Of a stretch of DNA of 64,000 nucleotides, positions 48,139-59,984 are shown piece by piece. The stretch is from the NCBI RefSeq assembly GCF_009914755.1, contig NC_060944.1. The stretch is one strand, 5' to 3'. This DNA comes from the human T2T-CHM13v2.0 reference genome, Homo sapiens. Below the pieces are notes generated by a model, which was not told where the DNA came from, made no database searches, and saw only the letters and a list, made by a program, of their open reading frames with translations. The position numbers and the translations under genes were made by a program. Within the stretch, counting starts at the first letter, position 1; every line of letters begins with the position of its first letter.

Positions 48139-49289
48139 CTTGGGAAACTCTGGAGCTTGGATGGCCCTTCAGATTTGCACTAACTGAAGTAAAGAGGAGC
48201 TGGGATTTGAATACCCACACTAACCGGTCAAAGCTGTAAGCCAGACCCTGGGAGGAAGCATAACTCTGGGCAAAGCAGTTCTTTATGGTCTAGGGCAATT
48301 CTAGTGTGGAATGCATCCACTTGGAGCTGTCAGTAGCCCACATTTCTCAAAACTAGGAGATGGGTACGTGTGCTGCAAGGAGGAGATATGGGCACTGCAC
48401 CACTACAGTCACTCCATCAAGGTCCAGGCTTGCCAACACAGGGAGTTTTGACGTGAGCAAAAACAGCTCTTTCTACTTTGAAAAGCTCTCATAAGAGAGC
48501 ACTAAGGAATGAATTTTAACCCTGTGATTTTAATATTTTTGTTGCAATGGTCTTTTTGCTTCACATGCACCCATATACCAACATGTGACAGTGTATCCAG
48601 TGGATTCATAATTCTATGCCAGGAACTCCTACAGTCTTTGACTTTGCTCCCCTTGGCCATTCAATCCCAGAGCTCCTGAAGTTCTGCAGGAAAACCGTAG
48701 GGTACCCACAAGTTATGGTTCCTTCTGTGCCCTGCATATGCCTATATCTATAAACCTGGACACACCACACACCAGTCTTACCCTTGGATCCAGCCTCAGC
48801 AGTTTCTCTGTATCACAGCAAGCCTGAATGTGATTCTTCTTTAAAATTCTTGCAACAAAAGCAGATGGTTCAGTTTCTTATTGAGCCAACTCTTAAAGAT
48901 AACAAACATATATGTTTAACATTTTGAGTTTTTAATCTTTTTTTGTTTAGAACCTCTTTATGGAAACATGTCTAGCTTACTAAGGTAAAATTGACTCACT
49001 CATTGACTCATTTAGCAAATTATTTATTGATCTCCTATTTATCAGACAGGGTGGAATATAGAAAAGGTCTCTGCCCTTCTGGAGTTTCTAACCCAGTGTG
49101 GAAAACTGATAATACATAACTAAATAACTCATATACCAGTGTAATTACAGTGGATAAGTGCTAGGAAGAAAATGATTGTGATAGTAGGTAACCAGGAGGG
49201 GTGTACTTGGATAACTATCACCTCTTGGATCTTGACTCCTGGCTTGATCTCCCTCTTAGAGATAGGCAATGCAAGTGGTTTTTTGTATT

Positions 49290-49585
<296 letters not shown>

Positions 49586-49651
49586 TAAAGCCTTAGTTTC
49601 CTCATTTGTAAAACTTCAGCTCATAGTATTCCTGTGAGGATTAAATAGCTT

Positions 49652-50142
49652 GTCTTAGTTTGGGTTCCCTCAGAAACAGACCTTGACATGACAATTCAGG
49701 TTTACGTAGTGAATTTGGGAGGTGGTCCCAGGAAACGCCAGAATGAGAGTGGGGGAGTGAGGCAGCTGCTGTAAGGTGTGTTAATGACCACTGTGAACAG
49801 TGGGGCTAATCCCACTGGAGACCTCATGGGGAGCTGGGGGAAGGTAGGGCCTGTAAACTGCCCCTGGGTTGTCTAGAGCCTGGCTCAGAGTTGTCCTGCT
49901 AATGCGGAAAGAAGTTTGCATATTTATCCACCATCTCTTATTTATTGTTGGTTGAGGGTTTCTCCCAGAATTGTTAACTCCTTGCACATACAACCTGCCC
50001 AGTGAGGGCCTGAGCATGCTCCTGTAGCCAGGGAAAACCCTCAGTGGAGAACTACAGGTGCTGTCGGTAAGGTGGGTTGGCATGCATATGACAAGAGTGC
50101 CATGGGAGCATGGTGGTAGTATTGACAGTCAGCCAACACTAC
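49652..50142 (-). mobile_element. ERVL solo LTR, LTR16-like, inserted in a MIR
   Basis: Starts TGTCTTAGTTTGGGTTCCCTCAGAAACAGACCTTGA; MIR sequence flanks both sides. Confidence 0.75.
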
Positions 50143-50267
50143 AAACAGCCAATGCACATAAAGTGGAATCTTCCCCTTAGAAGGTGCTCAATAAATGGTA
50201 GCTATCATTTTCTTGCATTTGGTACTTGTCAATCATGTTGTTACACAAACGTGATTGTTGTGTAACA

Positions 50268-50290
50268 ACACACACACACACACACACACA
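50268..50290. repeat. (CA)n microsatellite
   Basis: Read directly from the sequence. Confidence 0.95.
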
Positions 50291-52159
50291 TCTTATTTTA
50301 CAGCCTATATTTAAGCTCCTTGAAATTCTTTTCAATATCTAACATTGTTTCTTTCCACAGTGGGTACTTATTGGAGTGACTAAATCATTTTTCATTTTTT
50401 TTGTTCCTGTTATTTTTAAGTCAACTTTATTGAGACATTTCGACATTTTTATTGCTTTACTATCATCCAACAAGTTAACTGTTTTATCTTGACAGCATTC
50501 TGTTTAGAAAAGATAACTGGGGAAAAATAAGCCTAGAAAAATATGAAACATCAGCTTAGCATTTCAGGAAGCATAGCAAGACTATCTCATTGTGTGCTGG
50601 CAAACTTTCATGTTAATGCTACTTTTTTAAGGGAAATGTTCATGGGATTTTAAAAATCTTGAAAGTAAAGATAAGATGTGTTCATTACACCTAGCAATGG
50701 TGGAGAAAGAACTGAGATGGGCATTCACACCCCAACTTGTATAGCATGACATCTCTCTTGTTTTGTCTTCAACCTTTCCTTTAATAAGTGACAGAAGATC
50801 AGTAAATGCCTTCAAAAATTTCAGGATTTGGGCCACATTTATTTTTTTAAAAATTCTTTTTGCATAAAATCAGGATGGCTTAATTCACTGTTAGGCCTTG
50901 GTTGGCTGCCCAAATATATTCTTCAAAATTATACCCATTTCTTAAGTATGTCTGGAGCAGCATCAAAACGGCATCTGAAGCCAAGGCTAGTGTGTTTTTG
51001 AAGCCTTACACAGAAAAGATATCTAAGGATTTCAGCTATGTTGAAGCAATATTTCTGTGGAGAAAATTTGTATCCAGGCTGACATTTTCCATCCTGGGTT
51101 TTCTACCTGCTGTGATGTGGAATGGCCAAGATATGAAATCTCTGAAGTCGGGGTTATAACGCAACTTTACTGGCCTCCAAGGGCTTGTGGCTCACAGCCA
51201 TTGTTCACAGATGCCAGATGATCTAAGAAGATCATGGAAACCTGGCACCTCACTGTTTTTTGGCTAACACCACCAAAGAAAATTAATTGTTATTGTTTTT
51301 GGAAACTGTCATCCAATGCACGAAATAGTAATATCAGCAATTATGTTTTTTCTGCTTTTTCTTTTTGGGGGAGGTTGGGGTGGGAAGATGATGAACACTG
51401 TGATTTTATTATAGCTGCCCCCAGTGGCTGGTTTTGGGGCAAGAAAAGGGTGTTACATTCCTGTGGCTGAAAAATCTTATGAAGCTGTAAAGCAAAAGCG
51501 CTCCCCTAATTTGCCTGAGTTGATGAAATACAATGACCTTGAGCCTTCTGTCTGATTCAACAGGGTTTGAATTTCTGGTAACTCCTCGCTCAAGATTGGT
51601 TTGCTCATTAGTCTGTTGAGAGCACACAGCCTCGAGTCAACTAAAATCTTTCTTTTCTGTCAACCCACTCTTCTCGCAGCCATGACTCACTCCATTCTCC
51701 TACCTCTGATACTTTACCCCAAGCCACGATAGTTCTTCTTCTCACTCTGGCCAGTCATGACCTTGAATCTCTTTCTTCCTTAAAAACTGTAGCCCAAATT
51801 TCATATCCTTCAAGATGTTATTTTGGTTCACCCAACCATCTCTCATAGACAGCCTAATACTTCCCTCCTACTGTGCATTTCTTTTGCTTTCTGTTTGTCT
51901 GTTAGCCACTTCTGTTTGATGTTTAAGCACAGTCCCAGATCTAATCATCCAAGGTGCTATTGACACAACCAGTGCAGTGCTCAATGCCCAGCAGATAAAA
52001 AAGATACTCCTACTGACAGTGCTAGCCAGGGGAAGCAGGAGTTCTTTTCTCCTAAGGCCACAGCAAGTGGATGCTAATGCTTCGTAAGGTACAGTTAATC
52101 CTCCATGTAACTCTATGTACTGGGCATCTGGAAAGCCTAGTTTTTGGTTTTGTTGGACA

Positions 52160-52671
52160 CATGTCACTTTAGGCTGTGCTACCCACCATCTGTTTCCCCT
52201 ACCTAACAACCTTGACTGAATTCCTTTTGGGAAATTAGCCCTCTCCCGTGGTATTTCTTGGAATGAGGGATATCCAGGCAACTCCCTCCACCATGGATGC
52301 AGGTGGGGTCCCTGAAGTCCCTTCCTCCAGCTCCTCTTTCTCATTGCCTCAGAAAAATAAGGGAGCTAGCCAAGAGCCCTGCCTGGGCCAGAGTCTGACT
52401 TTTGGCATGCTGAATCTCTAACAGAGAGGAAAATGCTGGATGTTCCTCATTCCAAAAGCATACATGAGGTGATCAATTAATTCCTGCTGTCTAGATGTCT
52501 GGCATTTCCCTACATCCTATTCGCATCCTGTTTTGTTTCCACTTAATTCTCTAGTCTTCCATCCAGGCTGTGGACTCCAGAAAATCCCTCCAATAAATTC
52601 CTGCTGTATTCTCAAACATAAATTAGACAAGGTTGCTTCTTGATAGTTGCAAACCAAAGATTCTTAATACA
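52160..52671 (+). mobile_element. MaLR solo LTR, MLT1K/L-like (5' boundary uncertain)
   Basis: CCCTCCAATAAATTCC..GTTGCTTCTTGATAGTTGCAAACCAAAGATTCTTAATACA. Confidence 0.55.
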
Positions 52672-54715
52672 CACTTTTCTCTATTGTTGATTTGCTAAGT
52701 AACAGAAATTTCAAAATTAGCCAAGGCTCGAGTTTTTCTTCCTCAAAAGGAGTTTTCTATAGCAGGATCTGGCATTTAGAAGTATGAGTGAGACAAAGGA
52801 TAACATTGTTTGAATTAATTCAAAGAGTCTACACAACATTTGAGGACTACATTGGGAGAAAACAATTCAGTTTTAGAAAATCAAATCCAAGAATAATTTT
52901 TTGGTTTGCCTTTCTTTTGGAGTGCAGGCTTAGAATTAAGGAGGGGTCCAAAAATTGCTTGTTCATTTGATTTGATGGTTGCACGGATGTGTGAATAGGG
53001 AAATGCTGTGCTTAAACCACAGGAGTCCACTATGGGGGCACTATGTCAGGGAGAGGGACAGCTGGCAGTGATCATGAGGGAATAGGAAGAAACTACGGCG
53101 TGTCTCTCACACAACAAATAGACCCAAGAAGCCCTGCAAGAAGCCAAAGAGTTCTTTCCTCCCAGAGCTCTCAGTGATTAAAATCCACATAGGCTTCAGA
53201 ATTAGGTCAGTTGTCTTTTAAGGCCGATTAGGGTTAGAGACCCCTGTTATTCCCCCCTGGTCCTCTTGACAGAGGGTGCAAAAATATGCCAAAGGACCTA
53301 CAAGCTGCAAAGACCTCTGGAATCAAATAAGTACCTGCTCATGTAGTTTCTGAAAATCCCACATCTGAACGAGGACCAGGACTGCTGCCTCCAGGGAGGG
53401 TTTGCCAGGAAAAATACTGCAGGGCCTCAGTGCAAACAGGACTGCTTGGCAGAGCCTGGTGGATGCGGTGCGGCAGCTGGCCATGGGCAGTGGAGACGAG
53501 GTTGCTGGACAAACAGCCCAATGCTGAGACAAACATCAAACCTGCATCACTACCTCATGTGTCACAAGTCAGCTGGGAAAGGCACTGGGAGCAATGGATT
53601 ATTTAAGCTTATATCTTACAGGGAGTGGAGGAAACGAAGAGACACTGAACTTGATGATTTGGCTAATTCGGTGAAAGAATTAAAATATCCAGGTAAAAAT
53701 AAAACAACCACAGTGAAATTTTATCTGGTTATTCTCCTTCAAAAACCTATTTTCTACTGTTATCTCACAAATGAAAATTAGGGATAATTCTTATTTGATG
53801 AGTGGGCTGTGTTCCTTTACAAATTTGAACTCTAAACGTTTTCCTCAACAACCATTTCAAGCAGGGGAACATGTGTCACATATTTTGAACTGTGCAAATA
53901 ATTGAACAAAACTGGATATAAACAAAAATGGATAGTAGACACATAGGGACAATGAAAGTGTCTTGATGATACTTGTGTGATATTCGGAGAGTCCAAGCCA
54001 CCATATTGCCAGTCGTCTCTGTAGACACCCCTGAGTTTCTTGTAGGAAAGGAAGCAACAGGAGACACTGACTTTTCTAAACCTTTGGTTATTCAGGGGTA
54101 TCACAGGGTGGGGGTGAGATGGGAAAAGTGAGATGATTCCGGGATGGAGGGTTTTTGAGTTACTTGTCTAAGGGCAGAAAGGAGGCAGCAGCTTTCAAAG
54201 GTATATTCCATTACATTTCTCAGCTCTATTCTGGCTTCTTTCGGTAGGTTCTCTTGAAAACAGAGGCCTCTATCCAGAGATGGGGACCCAAGAAACAGAG
54301 CACACTATTGGGAAAAAAAATGTCCCATATAAGAGAGTCAATCCCTTATTTGTGAGGATGAAGCCATTTTTGCATCAAGTTTTGGGTCCAGAGCCGATAC
54401 TTGTTTACATCTCAGGGCTGGCTGAAGATTACTTTGGAACCCGTCCTCTAACCAGGCTTTCAGTATCTGCTATTGTGGAGTGCATGTCTTCCCTCTTCTC
54501 ATGCCCTAGCCCCCGTTGGACTTGGCTGAAGGTGCATTGTTTTGCCTCTAGGCCTGAAGAGGCCCCACCTTACATCTTCCAGGGGACACCCGGCAAAGCC
54601 TGGAAAATCAGTGTCAGAGAGATCTTCCAAAGCTCAGGAGCTGAGGTGGTGACAAGAGCTGGCAAAAAGAGAATGCCACTAGATGGAGAATGAGGTGGAG
54701 GGAGAGCATCAGGGT

Positions 54716-54926
54716 CAGTGGTGTGCAGGTAAACTGTCTCTCACAAAGCCCCCCAAAACAGCAACAAAACAAAGTCCTGATTTGTGGCATTTGCCAATTT
54801 CCACGGTGTAGATACTCCTGCCATGACCATGGCCCATTTCTAGCTACTGATGGTTTAACACCAGCTCACAACATTCCTAAATATTTAGCAGTTGGCTTTC
54901 TGAGCTAGTAGTAGCCATCTCCACTG
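54716..54926. mobile_element. MER63A-like hAT-Blackjack MITE
   Basis: CAGTGGTGTGCAGGTAAA..CCTGATTTGTGGCATTTGCCAATTTCCACGGTGTAGATACTCC..CCACTG termini. Confidence 0.8.
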
Positions 54927-57659
54927 GCTCAGTACCCATGTACACATGGACTCAACTTTGGTCAAATCACTGCATCAGTGATCTTGGAATTGGAAGGATG
55001 CCAAGTCCAAGATGAATGAAACAGAAAAAACACAACTCAAACAAATTCCTAAGTGCCATGGTAAAGTGAGAACAGTGTCCTCTTTCTGAGGTGACAGGAA
55101 CACTCTGTGAAGCAGGGAAAGAGAAGGACCAGAAGGCAGGATATTTGGATCAAAGATACAGTGTAAAATTATCTGAAAAAGTTTAAGCATCTTGTATATG
55201 CCCTGCATAATCACTCTACCTTTACCGATTCATTTGATTTCAAAACAGTCCTATAAAATTGTCACTATTATTATTCCCCAATTCGAGAGTAAAGGGTTGA
55301 TGTTATGGAATGGGGGGAATAATTTTGGGAGCCTTGAATATGCACCACCACCTCCATTGTCTACCCACTCCCCTGGTATGGAAAAAAAGTCTACTCAGGT
55401 TTCAGAACTCAGCTCTGTTTCCCCTCTGGGAGCCTTTGCTGACTGCCTTAGAATATTTGTATTCCACAAATAGTCTAGTCATTCAATGAATAGAAATCAT
55501 GAAGGAATAAGGTAAGAGTCAGGGTAAGAGCTGCTATAAAATTTGACTTCTGGTGCCATCTAAATGGTTTTGTCTAGGGAGAAAGACTGAGAACTTTGGC
55601 TCCCATTTTATAAGGACTTTGGTCCTTACCTTGAGATATCTTAAGGTAAGTTTCAGACTAAGGTCACTGGTTGAGGGGTGAGTTTTAAGTCCCGCTAAGT
55701 TGTTCCTGACCACCAATTTTGCAAGATAATTCTAGGTATGGTAATGCCTTTAGAGTAGCCCAGAAAATGATAATCTTGAGGAAAGTAGATGTAAAAATGC
55801 AGCTCCAGCAAAAAGCAAAATCAAAACCAAAACCCTAAATTTTGAAACTCCAGCAACAGAACACACTATAACAATACAGAAGCATGGTAGTGATGTAGAT
55901 ACTAAACTATTATTTTTATAGGCAAACACATTCAAATGTTTATACACAAGCATGTTTTTTTCTCTGGCTTATTTCCATTTGTATTTGTTTGAGGAGTGTG
56001 TTTTGGAGAGAAAAGGCATCAGGATAACCAGATACATGAAATGCCTCTTTGGCGAACAGCTGTCAGGAGTGGACATTCACACACTTTCTCACTCATGGTA
56101 AAGGGCCGTTCAGCAGAGACAACAAACTGTGTGCTCAGAGGCAGCACGATGGAGCTGCCGTTTTGTCTTCGTCTTTGCAAAATGTGTATAAAACTAAACA
56201 AATACAGATGAGCAATTTACCAAAAGATAAGGAAGAATGAGTGTGTGCTTGTGGGTTTGAATACATGTTTAGGCATACACAATGGCTTTTTAATACTTTT
56301 TCTGCTTTTGTTTATGTGCAACTATAACTTTTCCATTTTCATTGTCTCTCAGCTATCTTTTACCCATCATGTTATAGTTGAACCCAACTTCACAAACAAT
56401 GTTTGCCAGATATTAATATTCTTACCAATGAAAATGAGCTTAAAAAATTATGTGGGCAGAGGGCAGAGGAGGCCCCACTGGTCTGTAACCCTGAATTCAA
56501 ACTCACCTGCTTTAAAGTCTCTTTGGCCTGACCACTTTCAAATAACTTTCTCTGCCTGCTTTGGCCTATATATCGTTTCCAAAATAGCATGAAAAACTTT
56601 TCTCATTGTATTTCAAAACGAAAAATGTTCCATCTACATCTGGAAATACTAAAAAATGTGCTTTCTTACAGTATTTTTTTTTTACTAGGTATGGACAAGG
56701 TTCTGACCCTTATTATTGGAACTCAAATCCAGATGGAGTTTGGTAAGGTTCTAATCATTTGAAGAGTATTCTTTTTTGAAGATTTGTACATCTTTAGGGG
56801 AATTTTTACTTTAAAGAAGTTATCATTTGTGGGAGGTCCATTATGAAGGTTTTAAATAGTTTGGGGGAATTTCTCTTTCTTTGAAGATTTCTATAATTCA
56901 GTGAAAACATTTGCCAACTGAGATGGTCACATTTCTCTACTATAAGCCTCTTCTTCGAATATGAATTAGATTACTCTTTTAATGTATTGGCTGTAAGTAG
57001 GCTTAAGGATTTTTCTTTCTTTCCTTTTCTAACTCTGGAAACAATGAAAAGACAATTCTTGTGTTTGAGTGAAAGTGAGAGTTAAAGATTTAAAGTTGTA
57101 CAGGGAGACAACCAAAATAGCAAAATAATTAATGCATATGTTAATATCATTGGGTGGAAGATTAAAATAGCAATGATCAAAGAAAAACGTGGTTCAATGT
57201 GTGACATTTCTTTCTTGTAACTTATTGTGTCTTTATGGAAGCCTTATTGTGTGCAAATAAAAAAGTTTCAAAGGCAGTTTTTAAAATGCTTAGTTAAAGG
57301 CTAACATCAGTATAGTTTAAAAGGTAATTGATCTATAGATGAACTAACAACTACCAACAGCATCTCTTTTGTCAGTCTATAGCTGACAGATCCCTCCTTC
57401 TTATGCCTACAAGTCTGACATCTACTGAAGTTTCATAGATTGGCTGAAAGCAGTAGTCCGGAAAACTTTATTCCCAGTTCCAGAGATTTTCATTCTCTAT
57501 ACCATCAGCTCTTTGGCAACTGGTGCCTTTTAGGCTCTGAATTGACATGGGTTCAAGGGCATCTCACTCTGTTGACCTTGTACCTTGAATTTCCTCAACA
57601 TTTTCTTTGTGATTTGATATCAATATTAGTTCTCTAGCTACCTGCATTACAATAGTCCT

Positions 57660-58730
57660 GGGGTCCATTCAACATCCAAAAATATTTAGTAAACAGCTAC
57701 TATGTGCCAGAAATTGTGCTAGGTGCTTGAGCTCCGACCCCAGAAGAATGAAAAATGTTGTGTGTCCTGGAGGACCTTACGCTGAATTGGGAGACCTCAG
57801 ATCATGAACAATTTGGCAAATGCCTTGTGTTCCTCCCATTACTCCTGTTCCTCCCCTTGGCCAACCTCTGATTGCAGTTGCAGTTGAGGAGGACAGTCCA
57901 AGCAGGCGCAGACTCTTCCTCTACCAGGAAGTGCCTTCACCTCACAAGGGCCTGCAGGATGTCTTTTGCTTTCTTCCCCAGCAGTGCTACACCCGTGGGA
58001 GGCTGATTAGAAGAGAATAGATAGCCATGACTTCTGTGGCCTGAAAAACCAATAGGAGATGGGAAGCAGGTGAATACTACAGCTTCTCTTCCTTTAGGGG
58101 CACACCTCCAAGAGGCATTCTGTACTCTGATCACAGAAATCCCTGCATCATCAAACCCAAGGTCTTCAGCAGTGACCTTGATCATGCCCTTTCATACTGT
58201 TTTCTCCTTCTCTGCCTCTCTCCTGACTCCCGGACTCACTTCTTAGACCCGTAAATGACCCCTATTCAAGACTTTGTCTTAGGCTCTGCTTTAAGAGAAA
58301 CCTAAGACAAAGAACAACAACAAGTAATAATTACATAACATAAAAGGAACATGTGTAACTTATAGGAAACAATTGAGCAGGACAAGGAGACTGGGGTGCA
58401 GAGGGTGGAGTGGAAGATGGCTGATTGCAATTTTAAATAGAGTGGTTAGGAGAGACCCCATTGATCCCACTTTTACCAATGGGTATAAGTGACATTTGGA
58501 CAAAGTGTGGAAAAAGATGAGTGGTTAGCCCAAAATATGTAAAAAGACTCCTTGGGAGGTAGGGGAGATAGTACAAAGGCCCTAAAGCAGGATTCTTCCT
58601 GGCATATGGCTGCAGGAGTGAGACCTGGAGAGAGAAGATGAGAGCAAAGAGGTAGGGAGGCAAGACCGGATTGCATAGCACTGCCAGACCATTGTAAGGA
58701 CTTTGAGGTAGAAGCCAGTGGAAAGTTGCA
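57660..58730 (-). mobile_element. L2 3' fragment interrupted by an ERVL-type LTR (~57820-58309)
   Basis: CATTCAAC..AAATATTTAGTAAACAGCTACTATGTGCCAG; resumes GCAATTTTAAATAGAGTGGTTAGGAGAGACC; the insert ends TGTCTTAGGCTCTGCTTT..CCTAAGACA. Confidence 0.7.
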
Positions 58731-59984
58731 GACTCAGAAACTCCCCCAACAGAGGCTGGGCTGGTCAAGTGTGTCCAGTTCCCTTCCAACTTTCCATTAC
58801 AGCAAAGAGATCGCATAATTGTATCTCCTTATTTGATGTCTGGCTTCATCCTTTCATCTGTTAAATAGAAATGGCAATTCTTGTTATTTAAATTTGTGAG
58901 AAAGGCTGATTTTTGAATCTCTATCTTCTTGGTAAGTAATTAATCCCAAACCTCTTGTTTCCATATCTAAGGAAAGTTACCAGATGGAAGAGCTGAGATT
59001 CTTTTTGTTCTCAAAAGCTGTTTGATTGCCAAGCTTCTAACAAACATTTTGTAGCATGACAATCTGTTAACAGAATGCTGGATGATAGCCCCAAATGGAG
59101 GGAGACAGCATCTTCAGGAATACTTTATCTTGTAGACTTCAGATATGCTTCCTCTTTCGCTACCTTAGTATCTAATGAAGTACAAGAGCATTAGTGTGTT
59201 CTAGCATTTACTCTTTCACATGCTTTGATTGCTCCTACTGAAATTTTAAACTTTAATTTATGTTAGTGTTAATGCATCACTAGCTTGTGGCTTGCTTGAT
59301 GTGTTGTGGCATTCACGTTTGTTCTTTTCTGATGGATTCTTTTTTTTCAAGTGCAAAATATAACATTTACTTTTGTGTAACAATCTTTTGAGAAGTCAAA
59401 AGTACCCAGGATTGTACCCAGAAGCGTAACAGTAGAAGAGTTCTGTGATGCCAATTACATCTGTAACTTACCATGTCACTCTTCTACTTTTGTTAAAAGA
59501 TTTTTACTTTTTTATCTTTGTTAAAAACGCTTTTAAGTGAGTGTATGTTTCAATACAATTTCATATTGGAAATGATGATCACAAATTATGCATTTAAATA
59601 TGCAGATTTCATATGTAGAAAAGTGCTCTGTCTAGTCAGTGTGAATAAGTCACTGAGCTTTGGATTTTAAAAAGCTAGGAGGCTGAGGGTTCTCAGGTGA
59701 CCTATTCTCAGGAATTAAGGAACTAGAACGAGGCTGGAATGAATTTAAAAAAATGATTTACTTTCTGGTTCTTTTTCATGTGTTGTTAAAGCACAAAATG
59801 ATGTTGGTGAACCTAGATAAGGAGATTTGTAATTTGTATTTTCCTGGGAAATAATCTATCCCTTCTACATTTTAAAATGCATTGATATAGGGTCCTCCAT
59901 AGTATTTGCAAATAATTTTAAAATTTCCATATTTGTAATTTGCCATTTTAATTTTTCTAATGGTGTTAACTTATATCTTCTCTT

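Larger units (their letters stand above)
46357..48408 (-). mobile_element. ERVL solo LTR, LTR33-like, split by MER45 (pieces 46357-46580 and 48139-48408)
   Basis: GGGAAATAGACTCTGAGA..GAGTGCTCTCAGGATCCACACCTG..GGCCTCAGCCAATTCCTGGGGGG joins CTCTGGAGCTTGGATGGCCCTTCAGA. Confidence 0.75.

Noticed and set aside
51868-52344. 158-aa ORF
   Set aside because: Overlaps degenerate repeat sequence; no recognisable motif or splice support.
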